64,000 nt of DNA from Fusobacterium sp. GTDB lineage: Bacteria; Fusobacteriota; Fusobacteriia; Fusobacteriales; Fusobacteriaceae. Where the stretch lies: the NCBI RefSeq assembly GCF_030528405.1, contig NZ_JAUMYY010000001.1, positions 10,840 to 74,839 of the forward strand, in the 5' to 3' direction. Positions 52,041-62,581 of the stretch are shown here, piece by piece (the first letter of the stretch is position 1; every line of letters starts with the position of its first letter). The translations under genes were made by a program, and so were the position numbers. The notes beneath the pieces were generated by a model. The model was not told the DNA's origin. It ran no database searches and worked only from the letters and a program-made list of their open reading frames with translations.

Positions 52041-52227
52041 AATCTACATTTATATATTTATCTATTGCTAATTTAATAGCTTTATATTGTTCGTCAGAAA
52101 GTCCTAAATCTTTAATTTCTTTTAATAAAGAATTATATCTTATATCTCCGATTTTTAATGCAGCTAGTTCTTCTTTTTTTCTTTCAATTACCTCATCAAC
52201 AAAACTTACTTTTTTTTCTTTTTCCAT
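52039..52227 (-). CDS. small helical protein (62 aa), unknown function
   Basis: strong SD AAGGAGTG 7 nt upstream of ATG on the minus strand, and the gene ends at the bidirectional terminator. Confidence 0.55.
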   Translation of the reverse strand: MEKEKKVSFVDEVIERKKEELAALKIGDIRYNSLLKEIKDLGLSDEQYKAIKLAIDKYINVD

Positions 52228-52510
52228 TTTTCTTCACTCCTTCTTTATAATTAATAAGAATATTTAAAATAATAAACACTAAAGTCAATTAATTACAAGA
52301 GACTAGAGAGTAAAAGTATATGTTGTTCAAACAGATGTGTGCAGCATTCACATATCTTTTAAACATAAAATTTTTTATTGTAAACATACATACACACCTC
52401 CTAAAATCTAGATTAATTTTGTCATAAATATATTATACATCTTTTTTAAAAAAAATCAATAGATAAAGAAAAAATTTTTTAAAAAATTTTACTGTTCTGT
52501 AAACAAAAAT

Positions 52511-52539
52511 TTGATTTTTTTTCAAAATTGTGTTAGAAT
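52511..52539 (+). promoter_or_regulatory. promoter candidate for the rimP-nusA-infB operon (TTGATT-17-TAGAAT)
   Basis: read directly from the sequence. Confidence 0.4.
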
Positions 52540-52557
52540 TATCTATAAACAAAAGGC

Positions 52558-52591
52558 AGTAGGGAGTGGACAAACCACTCCCTACTTTTAT
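52558..52591 (+). terminator. leader hairpin plus T-run directly upstream of the rimP RBS, a probable NusA-responsive attenuator
   Basis: 12-bp stem AGTAGGGAGTGG / CCACTCCCTACT with loop ACAAA, then TTTTA; the rimP SD AAAGAGGTG begins about 15 nt downstream. Confidence 0.5.
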
Positions 52592-52615
52592 AGAAAAATA
52601 GAAAGAGGTGATGAA

Positions 52616-53083
52616 ATGGAAAAAAATGACATTGAAAAAAAGATAGAAAAAATTGTAGAACCTTTCATAAAAGAAATGGAGCTTTCACTTGTTGATGTAG
52701 AGTATCTTCAAGAAGGAGGTTACTGGTATCTAAGAATTTTTATTGAAAATTTAAATGGCGATTTAAATATCGAAGATTGCAGTAAGTTGAGTGCTAAAAT
52801 AGAAAATCAAATTGAAGATGTAATAGATAAAAGATTCTTTCTAGAAGTTTCTTCACCTGGTTTAGAAAGACCTTTAAAAAAAATAGAAGATTTTGTAAGA
52901 TTTAAGGGAGAAAAGGTAAGTTTACATTTAAAGCATAAAATGAATGATAGAAAGCAATTTAAAGCTGTTATAAAGGATGTTAAAGACGAAAAAATTATTT
53001 TCGAAATAGATAAAGAATTAGTTGAGATAGAATTTAAGGAGATAAGAAAGACTAATATTTTATTTGAATTTAATGATTTTTAA
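52616..53083 (+). CDS. rimP: ribosome maturation factor RimP
   Basis: RimP family; true start at MEKNDIEKK (ATG 52616, SD AAGAGGTG), whereas the ORF-track start at 52511 reads through the leader hairpin. Confidence 0.8.
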   Translation: MEKNDIEKKIEKIVEPFIKEMELSLVDVEYLQEGGYWYLRIFIENLNGDLNIEDCSKLSAKIENQIEDVIDKRFFLEVSSPGLERPLKKIEDFVRFKGEKVSLHLKHKMNDRKQFKAVIKDVKDEKIIFEIDKELVEIEFKEIRKTNILFEFNDF

Positions 53084-53190
53084 AAATAGAATTTATTTTA
53101 AGGAAATTATTAAAATAATCTACTTGACGCAGCTACAATCCTAAATAATGAAAAACTTAGAGAAGTTTAATAATTGGAGGTAAGAAAAAG

Positions 53191-54249
53191 ATGAAAGCTA
53201 AGGATTCTAAAATTTTCTTAGAGGCATTAGATGAGCTTGAAAGAGAAAAGGGAATAAAGAAAGAAAGCGTTTTAGAAGCAATAGAACTAGCATTATTAGC
53301 AGCCTATAAAAAAAATTATGGAGAAGATGAAAATGTTGAAGTTCTAATGGATAGGGAAAATGGAGATATTAAGGTGTATGCAAAAAAAAGAGTTGTAGAA
53401 AATGAAATAAACCTTGATAGAAACCAAGAGATTTCAATTGAAGAAGCAACTAATATTAAAAAGAGAGTAAAAGTTGGGGATATTTTAAAAATTGAAATAA
53501 ACTGTGAAGAATTTAGAAGAAATGCCATACAAAATGCTAAGCAAATAGTTATACAAAAAGTTAGAGAGGCAGAAAGAGAATTTATATATGAGAAGTTCAA
53601 GGAAAAAGAAGGCGATATTCTCACTGGAATCATTAGAAGAATAGATGAAAGAAGAAATATATTTATAGAATTTTTTGGAATAGAGCTTATGTTAAGTCCA
53701 GCAGAACAATCTCAAACGGATATATATAGAGTGAGTGAAAGAATAAAAGTATTTCTAGTTTCAGTTGAAAGAACTAATAAATTTCCTAAGATAATTATTT
53801 CAAGAAAACATGAAGGCTTATTAAAGAAATTATTTGAATTAGAAATTCCAGAGATAAGTTCAGGTATGATAGAAATTAAATCTTTAGCGAGAGAAGCAGG
53901 TTCCAGAGCTAAGGTTGCTGTTCATTCAGAAGTTCCAAACCTTGATATAGTTGGGGCTTGTGTTGGTCAAAAAGGAACTAGAATAAAGAATATAGTAAAT
54001 GAACTGAATGGAGAAAAAATAGATATAGTTATTTGGAAGGAAGAAATAAAAGATTTTGTTTCGGCAGTTTTAAGTCCAGCTGAGGTTGAAAATGTTGATA
54101 TACTTGAAGATGGGACAGCAAGAGTCCTAGTAAAACCTTCACAGCTTTCATTAGCGATAGGGAAAAACGGTCAAAATGCAAGGCTTGCAGCAAGGTTAAC
54201 AGGAATGAGAGTGGATATAAAAGTTCTAGATGATGAAGAGGAAATTTAA
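53191..54249 (+). CDS. nusA: transcription termination/antitermination factor NusA
   Basis: N-terminal domain, S1 and two KH domains, including GACVGQKGTRIKNIVNEL. Confidence 0.9.
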   Translation: MKAKDSKIFLEALDELEREKGIKKESVLEAIELALLAAYKKNYGEDENVEVLMDRENGDIKVYAKKRVVENEINLDRNQEISIEEATNIKKRVKVGDILKIEINCEEFRRNAIQNAKQIVIQKVREAEREFIYEKFKEKEGDILTGIIRRIDERRNIFIEFFGIELMLSPAEQSQTDIYRVSERIKVFLVSVERTNKFPKIIISRKHEGLLKKLFELEIPEISSGMIEIKSLAREAGSRAKVAVHSEVPNLDIVGACVGQKGTRIKNIVNELNGEKIDIVIWKEEIKDFVSAVLSPAEVENVDILEDGTARVLVKPSQLSLAIGKNGQNARLAARLTGMRVDIKVLDDEEEI

Positions 54250-54818
54250 TGTCAGAAAAAAATCATGTACCAGAGAGAAGTTGTGTAGTATGTAGAGCTA
54301 AAAAAAATAAATTTGATTTATTTAGGCTCATAAAGTCAAATGAAGAAAAATATATATTTGATAGTAATTATAAAGCTCAATCAAGAGGGATATATGTATG
54401 TAAATCGTCTACATGTTTAGAAAGATTATCAAAACATAAAAAATTTAAAGTGGATACTGATAACTTGCTAAAAATGATAACTTTAATAAATAAGAAAAAG
54501 AAAAACTATTTAAATATATTAAGTCCAATGAAAAATTCTGGAAAACTGATATTTGGTATAAATTTATTTTTTGAAAACATAGAAAATATTTATTATATAC
54601 TGATAGCTGAAGATATAGCAGACAAAAATAGAGAAAAAATACTAAATAAAGCTAAAGAATATAAAATTCCCTTTTTATTTGTTGGGGATAAGAAAAGTTT
54701 GGGAAAAATTTTTGATAAAGAAGAAGTCAATGTCATAGGTATTAAAGATAAGAATATGGCAAGGGGACTAATAATTAAGTCTACTAAGGAGGTACTTAAT
54801 GAAAACAAGAGTTCATGA
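54249..54818 (+). CDS. YlxR (DUF448) fused to an L7Ae-like (YlxQ) domain
   Basis: N-terminal PERSCVVCRAKKNKFDLFR motif of YlxR and a C-terminal ~95 aa with an L7Ae-like pattern (GKLIFGIN...IAEDIADKNREKILNKAKEYKIPF); a single ORF in this sequence. Confidence 0.6.
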   Translation: MSEKNHVPERSCVVCRAKKNKFDLFRLIKSNEEKYIFDSNYKAQSRGIYVCKSSTCLERLSKHKKFKVDTDNLLKMITLINKKKKNYLNILSPMKNSGKLIFGINLFFENIENIYYILIAEDIADKNREKILNKAKEYKIPFLFVGDKKSLGKIFDKEEVNVIGIKDKNMARGLIIKSTKEVLNENKSS

Positions 54819-57003
54819 ATTAGCAAAAAAACATGCTATTAAAAATAAAGAGTTTTTAGAAATATTAAAAAAAGATATAGGTATAAGCGTTACATCACAT
54901 CTATCGAATTTAGATGAGGATCAGGTCAAGGAAATAGATAGTTATTTCTCTAAAATGAATATGTTAAAGGTAGCAGATGCAGAGCCTGCTAAACAATATA
55001 ATAAAAAAGATAAAAAAGATGAAAAACCGATAAGAAAGATAATAGATGAAGAAGAGGAAGACGATGAGGATATACTGGAAAGTTCTCATAGTCAAAAATC
55101 TAAAAAGAGTAAACAACAAAAAAATAAGAAGAATTTTAGTCTTGAAGAAGGCAAGCACAAAGGTAAGAAGAAAAAGGGAAGAAGAACGGACTTCGTATTA
55201 AAAACAGTTGAGACAACACCTGATGTAGTTGAAGAAGATGGAGTAAAAATAATAAAGTTTAGAGGAGAGCTAACTTTAGGTGATTTTGCAGAGAAACTTG
55301 GAATAAATAGCAGTGAAATAATAAAAAAATTATTTTTAAAAGGTCAAATACTTACTATAAACAGCACTTTAAGTTTAGAAATGGCGGAAGAGTTAGCCAT
55401 GGATTATGATGCTTTAGTTGAAGAAGAGGAAGAAGTACAGTTAGAATTTGGAGAAAAATTTGCACTTGAGATAGAAGATAAGAGCAGTGATTTAATAGAA
55501 AGACCTCCTGTTATAACGATTATGGGACATGTAGATCATGGAAAAACATCTTTGCTTGATGCAATTAGAACAACTAATGTTGTAAGTGGTGAAGCTGGAG
55601 GTATTACACAAAAAATAGGTGCATATCAAGTGGAAAGAGAAGGCAAGAAAATAACCTTTGTAGATACACCTGGTCACGAAGCTTTTACAGATATGAGAGC
55701 GAGAGGAGCTCAGGTTACAGATATAGCTATACTTGTAGTAGCAGCAGATGATGGAGTTATGCCACAGACAGTTGAAGCTCTTTCTCACGCAAAAGTTGCA
55801 AAAGTTCCAGTAATTGTGGCAGTTAATAAGATAGATAAACCAGAAGCTAATCCTATGAAAGTAAAACAAGAGCTTATGGAGCATGGTCTGGTTTCAGTGG
55901 AATGGGGAGGAGATGTAGAATTTGTTGAAGTTTCTGCAAAGCAAAGATTAAACTTAGATACTTTACTTGATACGATTTTAATAACTGCTGAAATATTAGA
56001 ATTAAAAGCTAACCCTAAAAAAAGAGCAAAGGCAGTTGTAATGGAATCAAAACTTGATCCTAAAATAGGACCTGTTGCAAATATATTAGTTCAAGAAGGA
56101 ACTTTAAAAATAGGGGATGTTATTGTAGCAGGAGAAGTTCAAGGAAAAGTTAAGGCTTTATTAAATGATAGAGGAGAAAGAGTAAAATCAGTTACAGTTT
56201 CTCAACCAGCTGAAGTAATAGGATTTAATAATGTTCCTAATGCTGGGGATACAATGTATGTAATTCAAAATGAACAACATGCAAAACGTATAGTTGAAGA
56301 GGTTAGAAAAGAAAGAAAGATTCAAGAAACGACAAAGAAAACTATATCATTGGAAGCCTTATCAGCTCAACTTGAACATGAAAATTTAAAAGAATTAAAC
56401 TTAATCTTAAGAGCGGACTCTAAAGGTTCTGTTGATGCATTAAAAGACTCACTTTTAAAACTTTCTAATGATGAGGTGGCTGTAAATATTATTCAAGCAG
56501 CATCTGGTGCCATAACAGAAAGTGATATTAAACTAGCAGAAACGGCAGGGGCAATAATAATTGGGTATAATGTAAGACCTACAACTAAAGCTATAAAAGA
56601 AGCTGAAGCAAGTAAGGTAGAGATAAGAACATCAAGTATTATTTATCATATAACAGAGGATATTGAAAAAGCTCTATCTGGAATGTTGGAACCTGAATTT
56701 AAAGAAAACTACTTAGGAAGAATAGAAATAAAGAAAGTTTTTAAAGTATCTAAAGTTGGAAATATAGCTGGTTGTGTTGTGGTTGATGGAAGAGTTAGAA
56801 ATGATTCAAATATAAGAATACTTAGAGACAGTATAGTTGTTTATGAAGGTAAACTTTCATCATTAAAGAGATTTAAAGATGATGCAAAAGAGGTAGTTGT
56901 AGGGCAAGAATGTGGACTTGGAGTTGAAAATTTCAATGACATAAAAGAAGGAGATATAGTAGAAGCTTTTGAAATGATAGAAGTAAAAAGAACATTAAAA
57001 TAG
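54799..57003 (+). CDS. infB: translation initiation factor IF-2
   Basis: G-domain motifs (GHVDHGKTS, DTPGH, NKID) plus beta-barrel domains. Confidence 0.95.
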   Translation: MKTRVHELAKKHAIKNKEFLEILKKDIGISVTSHLSNLDEDQVKEIDSYFSKMNMLKVADAEPAKQYNKKDKKDEKPIRKIIDEEEEDDEDILESSHSQKSKKSKQQKNKKNFSLEEGKHKGKKKKGRRTDFVLKTVETTPDVVEEDGVKIIKFRGELTLGDFAEKLGINSSEIIKKLFLKGQILTINSTLSLEMAEELAMDYDALVEEEEEVQLEFGEKFALEIEDKSSDLIERPPVITIMGHVDHGKTSLLDAIRTTNVVSGEAGGITQKIGAYQVEREGKKITFVDTPGHEAFTDMRARGAQVTDIAILVVAADDGVMPQTVEALSHAKVAKVPVIVAVNKIDKPEANPMKVKQELMEHGLVSVEWGGDVEFVEVSAKQRLNLDTLLDTILITAEILELKANPKKRAKAVVMESKLDPKIGPVANILVQEGTLKIGDVIVAGEVQGKVKALLNDRGERVKSVTVSQPAEVIGFNNVPNAGDTMYVIQNEQHAKRIVEEVRKERKIQETTKKTISLEALSAQLEHENLKELNLILRADSKGSVDALKDSLLKLSNDEVAVNIIQAASGAITESDIKLAETAGAIIIGYNVRPTTKAIKEAEASKVEIRTSSIIYHITEDIEKALSGMLEPEFKENYLGRIEIKKVFKVSKVGNIAGCVVVDGRVRNDSNIRILRDSIVVYEGKLSSLKRFKDDAKEVVVGQECGLGVENFNDIKEGDIVEAFEMIEVKRTLK

Positions 57004-57018
57004 GGTGAGGTGATTTAT

Positions 57019-57381
57019 ATGAAAAAACAAAGACTCGCTGGGATAGAGAAAGAAATTTTAAGAGTTATCTCAAAAGTGATAATGGAAGAGATTAAAAACC
57101 CTAAAATAAGCGGAATGGTTAGCGTTACAAAAGTTTCGGTAACAGAAGATTTGAAATATGCAGACACTTATTTTAGTGTATTACCTTCGGTAGGTCAAAC
57201 GGAAAAGGAACTTTCTCAGGAAGAACTCTTGGAAAATCTTAACCAAATAAAAGGATTTTTGCGTAAGAGATTAGCTGAAGAAGTAGAAATAAGATATATT
57301 CCTGAAATAAGAGTTAAAATAGATAATTCAATTGAAAATGCAATAAGAATCACTAAGCTTTTAAATGATTTGAAAGTTTAG
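57019..57381 (+). CDS. rbfA: ribosome-binding factor A
   Basis: RbfA family, positioned after infB; ATG 57019 preferred over GTG 57010. Confidence 0.8.
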   Translation: MKKQRLAGIEKEILRVISKVIMEEIKNPKISGMVSVTKVSVTEDLKYADTYFSVLPSVGQTEKELSQEELLENLNQIKGFLRKRLAEEVEIRYIPEIRVKIDNSIENAIRITKLLNDLKV

Positions 57382-59069
57382 TGGTGCACATGAGTGGGAA
57401 AAAAATAAAATCACATGAGCTGCTAAGGCAAATATTTGAAAAAAGAAATCTAATGACTGATTATGATATTGAAAAATTTACAAATCCAAATTTTTTAGAT
57501 TTCAGAAATCCCTTTGATTTTGAAAATATGGATAAAATAATTGATAAAATTATAAAAGCTGATAAAGAAGGGGGAAAAATATTTATCTATGGTGATTATG
57601 ATGTAGACGGGATAAGTGGAACAGCTTTTTTGGTAAGATTTTTGAGAGATATAAATTATAATGTCGATTATTATATACCAAACAGAACTGAAAGTGAATA
57701 TGGAGTTTCTCGTAAAAATATAGATTTTTTCTATAAGAAAAATGGGAAATTAATTATAACAGTAGATACAGGCTATAATAGTATAGAGGATGTTAAATAT
57801 GCAAGAAGTTTAGGAATGGATATAATAGTAACAGATCATCATAAAACTGTTAAGGAAAGTTTTGATGATGAGATACTATATTTAAATCCAAAACTTAGTA
57901 AAAATTATAAGTTTAAAAATTTATCAGGGGCAGGGGTGGCATTTAAGTTGGCTCAGGGTATCTGTATAAGGTTAAATCTAGATATGGATCTTATATATAA
58001 GTATCTTGATATAGTAATGATAGGAACTATTGCAGATGTCGTTCCCATGATAGATGAGAACAGAATTATTATAAAAAATGGTTTAAAAATAATAAAAAAC
58101 ACGAATATAAAAGGTTTATCATATCTTCTTAATTATTTAAGGTTAAATAAAAAAGAAATGACAACAACAGATGTAAGCTATTATATATCACCACTTATAA
58201 ATTCTTTAGGAAGAGTTGGGATATCAAAAGTTGGAGCGGATTTTTTTATAAAAGAAGATGACTTTGATCTATATAATATAATTGAAGATATGAAAACTTT
58301 GAATAAAGAAAGAAGAAGCTTAGAAAAAATAATTTATGATGATGCTATGAAAAAAATTCAAAGAATAGGTTTAGATAGAGATGAAACTCCTATTTTAATA
58401 CTTTCGTCGCCTAAATGGCATTCAGGTGTAATAGGAGTTGTATCTTCAAGGCTTAGTTTAAAATATCATAAACCAGTTATACTGATAGCATTTGAGGGAG
58501 ATTATGGAAAGGCATCTTGTAGGAGTGTGGCTAATATTAGTATTTTTAATCTTTTATCAGAAGTTAAACATTTGCTTGTGAGATATGGTGGACATGATTT
58601 AGCAGCAGGTTTTGTAATACATAAAAGTAAACTTACAGACTTAAAAGATTATTTAATAAAAAATACACCTCTTATAAAATCAAATGATGAATTAGAAATT
58701 AAAAATTGCGAAGAGGAAGCTATTAAATATGATTTTGAAGTTTCGATTGATGAGATAGATTCCGAAATTTTTAAGTTTATAGATTTAATGGGACCTTTTG
58801 GTTCACATAATCCACATATTTTATTTTACTCTAAAAATGTAAAGTTTAGAAATTTAAAGACCTTTGGAATAGACTTCAGACATTTCAATGGAGAAATAAT
58901 AAAAAATCATGTGAAATATAATACAGTAGGCTTTGATATGTCGGAGAAAATAGAAGAGAAAAAATATGAGGATAGAGTGTATGATATAGTTTATTATCCA
59001 GAAAAGATAGTTCTTAAAGATGAAGAGGTCATACAGATAGTATTAAAAGATATTATTAAAAAAATATAG
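57381..59069 (+). CDS. recJ: single-stranded-DNA-specific exonuclease RecJ (short form)
   Basis: DHH motifs (GDYDVDGIS, DHH) and DHHA1 region (GGHDLAAG); the start may instead be ATG 57390. Confidence 0.8.
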   Translation: MVHMSGKKIKSHELLRQIFEKRNLMTDYDIEKFTNPNFLDFRNPFDFENMDKIIDKIIKADKEGGKIFIYGDYDVDGISGTAFLVRFLRDINYNVDYYIPNRTESEYGVSRKNIDFFYKKNGKLIITVDTGYNSIEDVKYARSLGMDIIVTDHHKTVKESFDDEILYLNPKLSKNYKFKNLSGAGVAFKLAQGICIRLNLDMDLIYKYLDIVMIGTIADVVPMIDENRIIIKNGLKIIKNTNIKGLSYLLNYLRLNKKEMTTTDVSYYISPLINSLGRVGISKVGADFFIKEDDFDLYNIIEDMKTLNKERRSLEKIIYDDAMKKIQRIGLDRDETPILILSSPKWHSGVIGVVSSRLSLKYHKPVILIAFEGDYGKASCRSVANISIFNLLSEVKHLLVRYGGHDLAAGFVIHKSKLTDLKDYLIKNTPLIKSNDELEIKNCEEEAIKYDFEVSIDEIDSEIFKFIDLMGPFGSHNPHILFYSKNVKFRNLKTFGIDFRHFNGEIIKNHVKYNTVGFDMSEKIEEKKYEDRVYDIVYYPEKIVLKDEEVIQIVLKDIIKKI

Positions 59070-59137
59070 AGAATGTAAAAATAAGTTGTGCTGAATTTCT
59101 TATATGTTCAGTACAAAAATTGAGGAGGAAGTAAGTA

Positions 59138-60427
59138 ATGAAATACGAAGTAAAAAAGCTAGAAAGATCAGCAGTAGAGGTAAAAATTTTCTTAGACAAG
59201 GAAGAATTAAACCCAATTTTGGATAAAACTGTAAAAAAAGTTGCTGATAATATTGAAATACCAGGATTTAGAAAGGGAAAAGCTCCAAAAGAAGCAGTTA
59301 TAAACGCAAATAGAGAGCAAATATCTGAAGAAGTAGCTGGGGAAGCAATTAATTCTAATTTTATAGAAATAATAGAAAAAGAAAAAATAGAGCCAGTTAG
59401 CTATGTAAGAATAAAAAATATAGACTTGAATAATACTTTAGAAGTAATTTTTGATATAGACGTCTATCCTGAATTTGAAATATCAAATTATAAAGGTTTA
59501 GAAGTAGAAAAAAGAACTTTTGAAATGACTGATGAAAGATTAAATAAAGAAATTGAAACATTGTTAAATACAAATTCTAAATTAGAAGAAGTAATAGAAA
59601 ATGAATATAAAGCTGAATTAGGAGATACTGTTGATCTAGCATTTGAAGGATTTATGGACGGAGTTCCTTTTGAAGGTGGTAAGGCAGAATCTCATTTATT
59701 AAAACTGGGAAGTAAGAGTTTTATAGATAACTTTGAAGAGCAACTAGTAGGATATGTGAAGGGACAAGAGGGAGAAATAAATGTAAAATTCCCTGAAGAG
59801 TATCATTCAAATGAGCTAGCAGGAAAACCAGCTTTATTCAAAGTAAAAATAAATGCTATAAAAAAATTGGTAAAGCCAGAATTAAACGATGATTTTGCAA
59901 AAACTTTATCTTATGAGTCTTTGGAAGATTTAAAAGCTAAAAAAGCTGAAGAAATAACAAGAAGAGAAAAAGACATAATAGAAAATGAATATACAGGTAA
60001 ATTATTAGAAGAAATAGCAAAAAATACTACTATAGAGATTCCTGTTTCTATGGTTAACGCAGAAATTGACAATAGAATGAGAGAAATGGAATACCAACTA
60101 TCAGCTCAAGGTTTCAAAGTTGATGATTATTTAAAAATGATGGGAGCGAATAAAGAAATGTTTGCAGCACAAATAACTCCTTCTGCTGAGATGAAAGTAA
60201 AAACAGATTTAATTTTAGCAAAAATAGCTAAATTAGAAAATGTTGAAGTAAGTCCAGAAGAAATTTCATCTAAAATGGAAGAAGTTGCAAAGATGTATGG
60301 TATGGATATTACAGCTTTAGAAAATGAGTTAAAGAAATACAATAATTTAGAAAATTTTAAAGCATCTCTACATACAGATATAATGATGAAGAAAGCTATA
60401 GATGTTGTAATTAGTAATGCAAAATAG
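59138..60427 (+). CDS. tig: trigger factor
   Basis: ribosome-binding signature GFRKGKAP, an FKBP-like PPIase domain and a C-terminal domain. Confidence 0.9.
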   Translation: MKYEVKKLERSAVEVKIFLDKEELNPILDKTVKKVADNIEIPGFRKGKAPKEAVINANREQISEEVAGEAINSNFIEIIEKEKIEPVSYVRIKNIDLNNTLEVIFDIDVYPEFEISNYKGLEVEKRTFEMTDERLNKEIETLLNTNSKLEEVIENEYKAELGDTVDLAFEGFMDGVPFEGGKAESHLLKLGSKSFIDNFEEQLVGYVKGQEGEINVKFPEEYHSNELAGKPALFKVKINAIKKLVKPELNDDFAKTLSYESLEDLKAKKAEEITRREKDIIENEYTGKLLEEIAKNTTIEIPVSMVNAEIDNRMREMEYQLSAQGFKVDDYLKMMGANKEMFAAQITPSAEMKVKTDLILAKIAKLENVEVSPEEISSKMEEVAKMYGMDITALENELKKYNNLENFKASLHTDIMMKKAIDVVISNAK

Positions 60428-60633
60428 AAAATAAATAACTTTAAGTTAGGGGCTGTTGTAAATTTATCTTTTTAGATTTCTTATAGAATATAAGTTATTA
60501 TAAAATTTGAAAGACTTGAAGATACAAAGTCCCTAGCTTTAAAATTTTCTTATTTTAATTGATAGAATAATTAAATTTTTAAGTTTAATGGTTGATTTTA
60601 ATTATTGTATTATTTAAAAGAAGGGAGGAGAAT

Positions 60634-61227
60634 ATGTTTAAAAATATGTATAGTCCAACAGTAATAGATAATAATGGGAAGTCAGAAAGAGCTTATGATA
60701 TATATTCAAGATTATTAAAAGACAGAATTATATTTTTAGGAACAGCAATAGATGAAACAGTTGCAAATTCGATAATAGCACAGCTTTTATATCTTGAGGC
60801 TGAAGATCCTGAAAAAGATATAATAATGTATATAAACAGTCCAGGAGGAAGCGTAACTGATGGTCTTGCTATTTTTGATACGATGAATTATATTAGACCA
60901 GATGTACAAACAGTATGCGTTGGACAAGCAGCAAGTATGGGAGCTTTCTTATTAGCTGCTGGAGCAAAGGGGAAAAGATATGCTCTTGAAAACTCTAGAA
61001 TAATGATACATCAGCCTTTAATTTCTGGTGGTCTTAGAGGTCAAGCTACAGATATTTCTATTCATGCCAATGAACTTTTAAAAATAAAGGAGAAGCTAGC
61101 TGAAATTTTGGCAAAAAATACAGGAAAAATAAAATCAGAAATACTAAGAGATACAGAAAGAGACAATTATTTTAGCTCACAGGAGGCTAAAGAATACGGT
61201 CTTATAGATGCAGTTTTTACAAGATAA
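60634..61227 (+). CDS. clpP: ATP-dependent Clp protease proteolytic subunit
   Basis: catalytic triad context (GQAASMG, MIHQP); ATG 60634 with SD GGGAGGAG preferred over the upstream in-frame Met. Confidence 0.9.
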   Translation: MFKNMYSPTVIDNNGKSERAYDIYSRLLKDRIIFLGTAIDETVANSIIAQLLYLEAEDPEKDIIMYINSPGGSVTDGLAIFDTMNYIRPDVQTVCVGQAASMGAFLLAAGAKGKRYALENSRIMIHQPLISGGLRGQATDISIHANELLKIKEKLAEILAKNTGKIKSEILRDTERDNYFSSQEAKEYGLIDAVFTR

Positions 61228-61336
61228 TCTTTTATATTAATAGATTATAGGCTAAAGATTATTATTTAAAAATTAGATTTATACAGACTTTTAGAAAATA
61301 ATTTAGTTCTGTAGCACTTTCAAGAAAGGAGAAATT

Positions 61337-62566
61337 ATGGACAAATGTTCATTCTGTGGTAGGACAGAAAGAGAAGTTTTCAAGTTATTTGCAGGAAATA
61401 ATGGAGTTTTAATTTGTGATAACTGTGTTGAAAACTGTTATGAACTTTTGGAGGAGTATGAGGATAATAAATATTTAGAAAATAAAAAGAGCTTAAGTGA
61501 TATAAAGCTTTTAAAACCAATGGAAATAAAAGAAAGATTAGATGAATATGTAATAGGGCAAGAAGAAGCTAAAAAAGTCTTATCTGTTGCTGTGTACAAT
61601 CACTATAAAAGGATTTTAAATAGTTCCGAAGATGATGATGGAGTTGAGCTACAGAAGTCAAATGTTTTACTTATAGGTCCAACAGGTTCTGGAAAAACAT
61701 TATTAGCACAAACACTGGCTAGAATATTAAGCGTTCCCTTTGCTATAGCAGATGCCACAACACTTACTGAGGCAGGCTATGTGGGAGATGATGTTGAAAA
61801 TGTTCTAGTTAGACTGATTCAGGCATGTGACTATGATATTGAAAGTGCTGAAAGAGGAATAATCTATATAGATGAATTTGATAAAATAGCAAGAAAATCA
61901 GAAAATGTTTCAATAACTAGAGATGTTTCAGGAGAAGGAGTCCAACAAGCACTTTTGAAAATTATAGAAGGAACAAAATCTCAGGTTCCACCTCAAGGGG
62001 GAAGAAAGCATCCAAACCAAGAGTTGATAGAGATAGATACTAAAAATATACTTTTTATAGTTGGTGGAGCTTTTGAAGGTTTAGAAAAACTTATAAAGGC
62101 AAGAACAAATAAAAAAGTTTTAGGTTTTGGTGCAGAAGTATCCAAAAAAGATGAAGTAGGAACAGAGGGAGAATTTTTTAAGAAGGTTCTTCCTGAAGAT
62201 TTAGTAAAGCAAGGAATTATCCCAGAGCTTGTAGGAAGATTACCAATAATTTCAACTTTGGATAACCTAGATGAACAGGCTATGATAAACATACTAACTA
62301 AACCTAAAAATGCTATAGTAAAGCAATATAAAAAACTTTGTAAGTTAGAAGGAATAGACTTAGAGTTTACTGAGGAAGCATTGGTAGAAATTGCAAATAG
62401 AGCACTTAAAAGAAAAATAGGAGCAAGGGGTCTTAGAGCGATAATAGAGCATACAATGCTTGACTTAATGTATGAAATCCCTTCAAAAAATGACATAAGA
62501 AAAATTACTATAACTAAAGAAACTATAGATGATTATAAAAAAGCAAAGATAGATTACAAAATTTAG
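61337..62566 (+). CDS. clpX: ATP-dependent Clp protease ATP-binding subunit ClpX
   Basis: zinc-binding CSFCGR...CDNC and Walker A GPTGSGKT. Confidence 0.95.
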   Translation: MDKCSFCGRTEREVFKLFAGNNGVLICDNCVENCYELLEEYEDNKYLENKKSLSDIKLLKPMEIKERLDEYVIGQEEAKKVLSVAVYNHYKRILNSSEDDDGVELQKSNVLLIGPTGSGKTLLAQTLARILSVPFAIADATTLTEAGYVGDDVENVLVRLIQACDYDIESAERGIIYIDEFDKIARKSENVSITRDVSGEGVQQALLKIIEGTKSQVPPQGGRKHPNQELIEIDTKNILFIVGGAFEGLEKLIKARTNKKVLGFGAEVSKKDEVGTEGEFFKKVLPEDLVKQGIIPELVGRLPIISTLDNLDEQAMINILTKPKNAIVKQYKKLCKLEGIDLEFTEEALVEIANRALKRKIGARGLRAIIEHTMLDLMYEIPSKNDIRKITITKETIDDYKKAKIDYKI

Positions 62567-62581
62567 TAACAAGGAGGAATC

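Noticed and set aside
52511-52615. N-terminal 35 residues of the ORF-track RimP
   Set aside because: This region contains the promoter and leader hairpin; the real start is ATG 52616, which has a proper SD.
55492-55884. 130-aa Cys-rich minus-strand ORF inside infB
   Set aside because: It is antisense to the IF2 G-domain, and the Cys/Tyr richness arises from reverse translation of GT/AC-rich codons.
61993-62496. 167-aa minus-strand ORF inside clpX
   Set aside because: It is antisense to one of the most conserved genes in the window and has Ser-rich low-complexity sequence.
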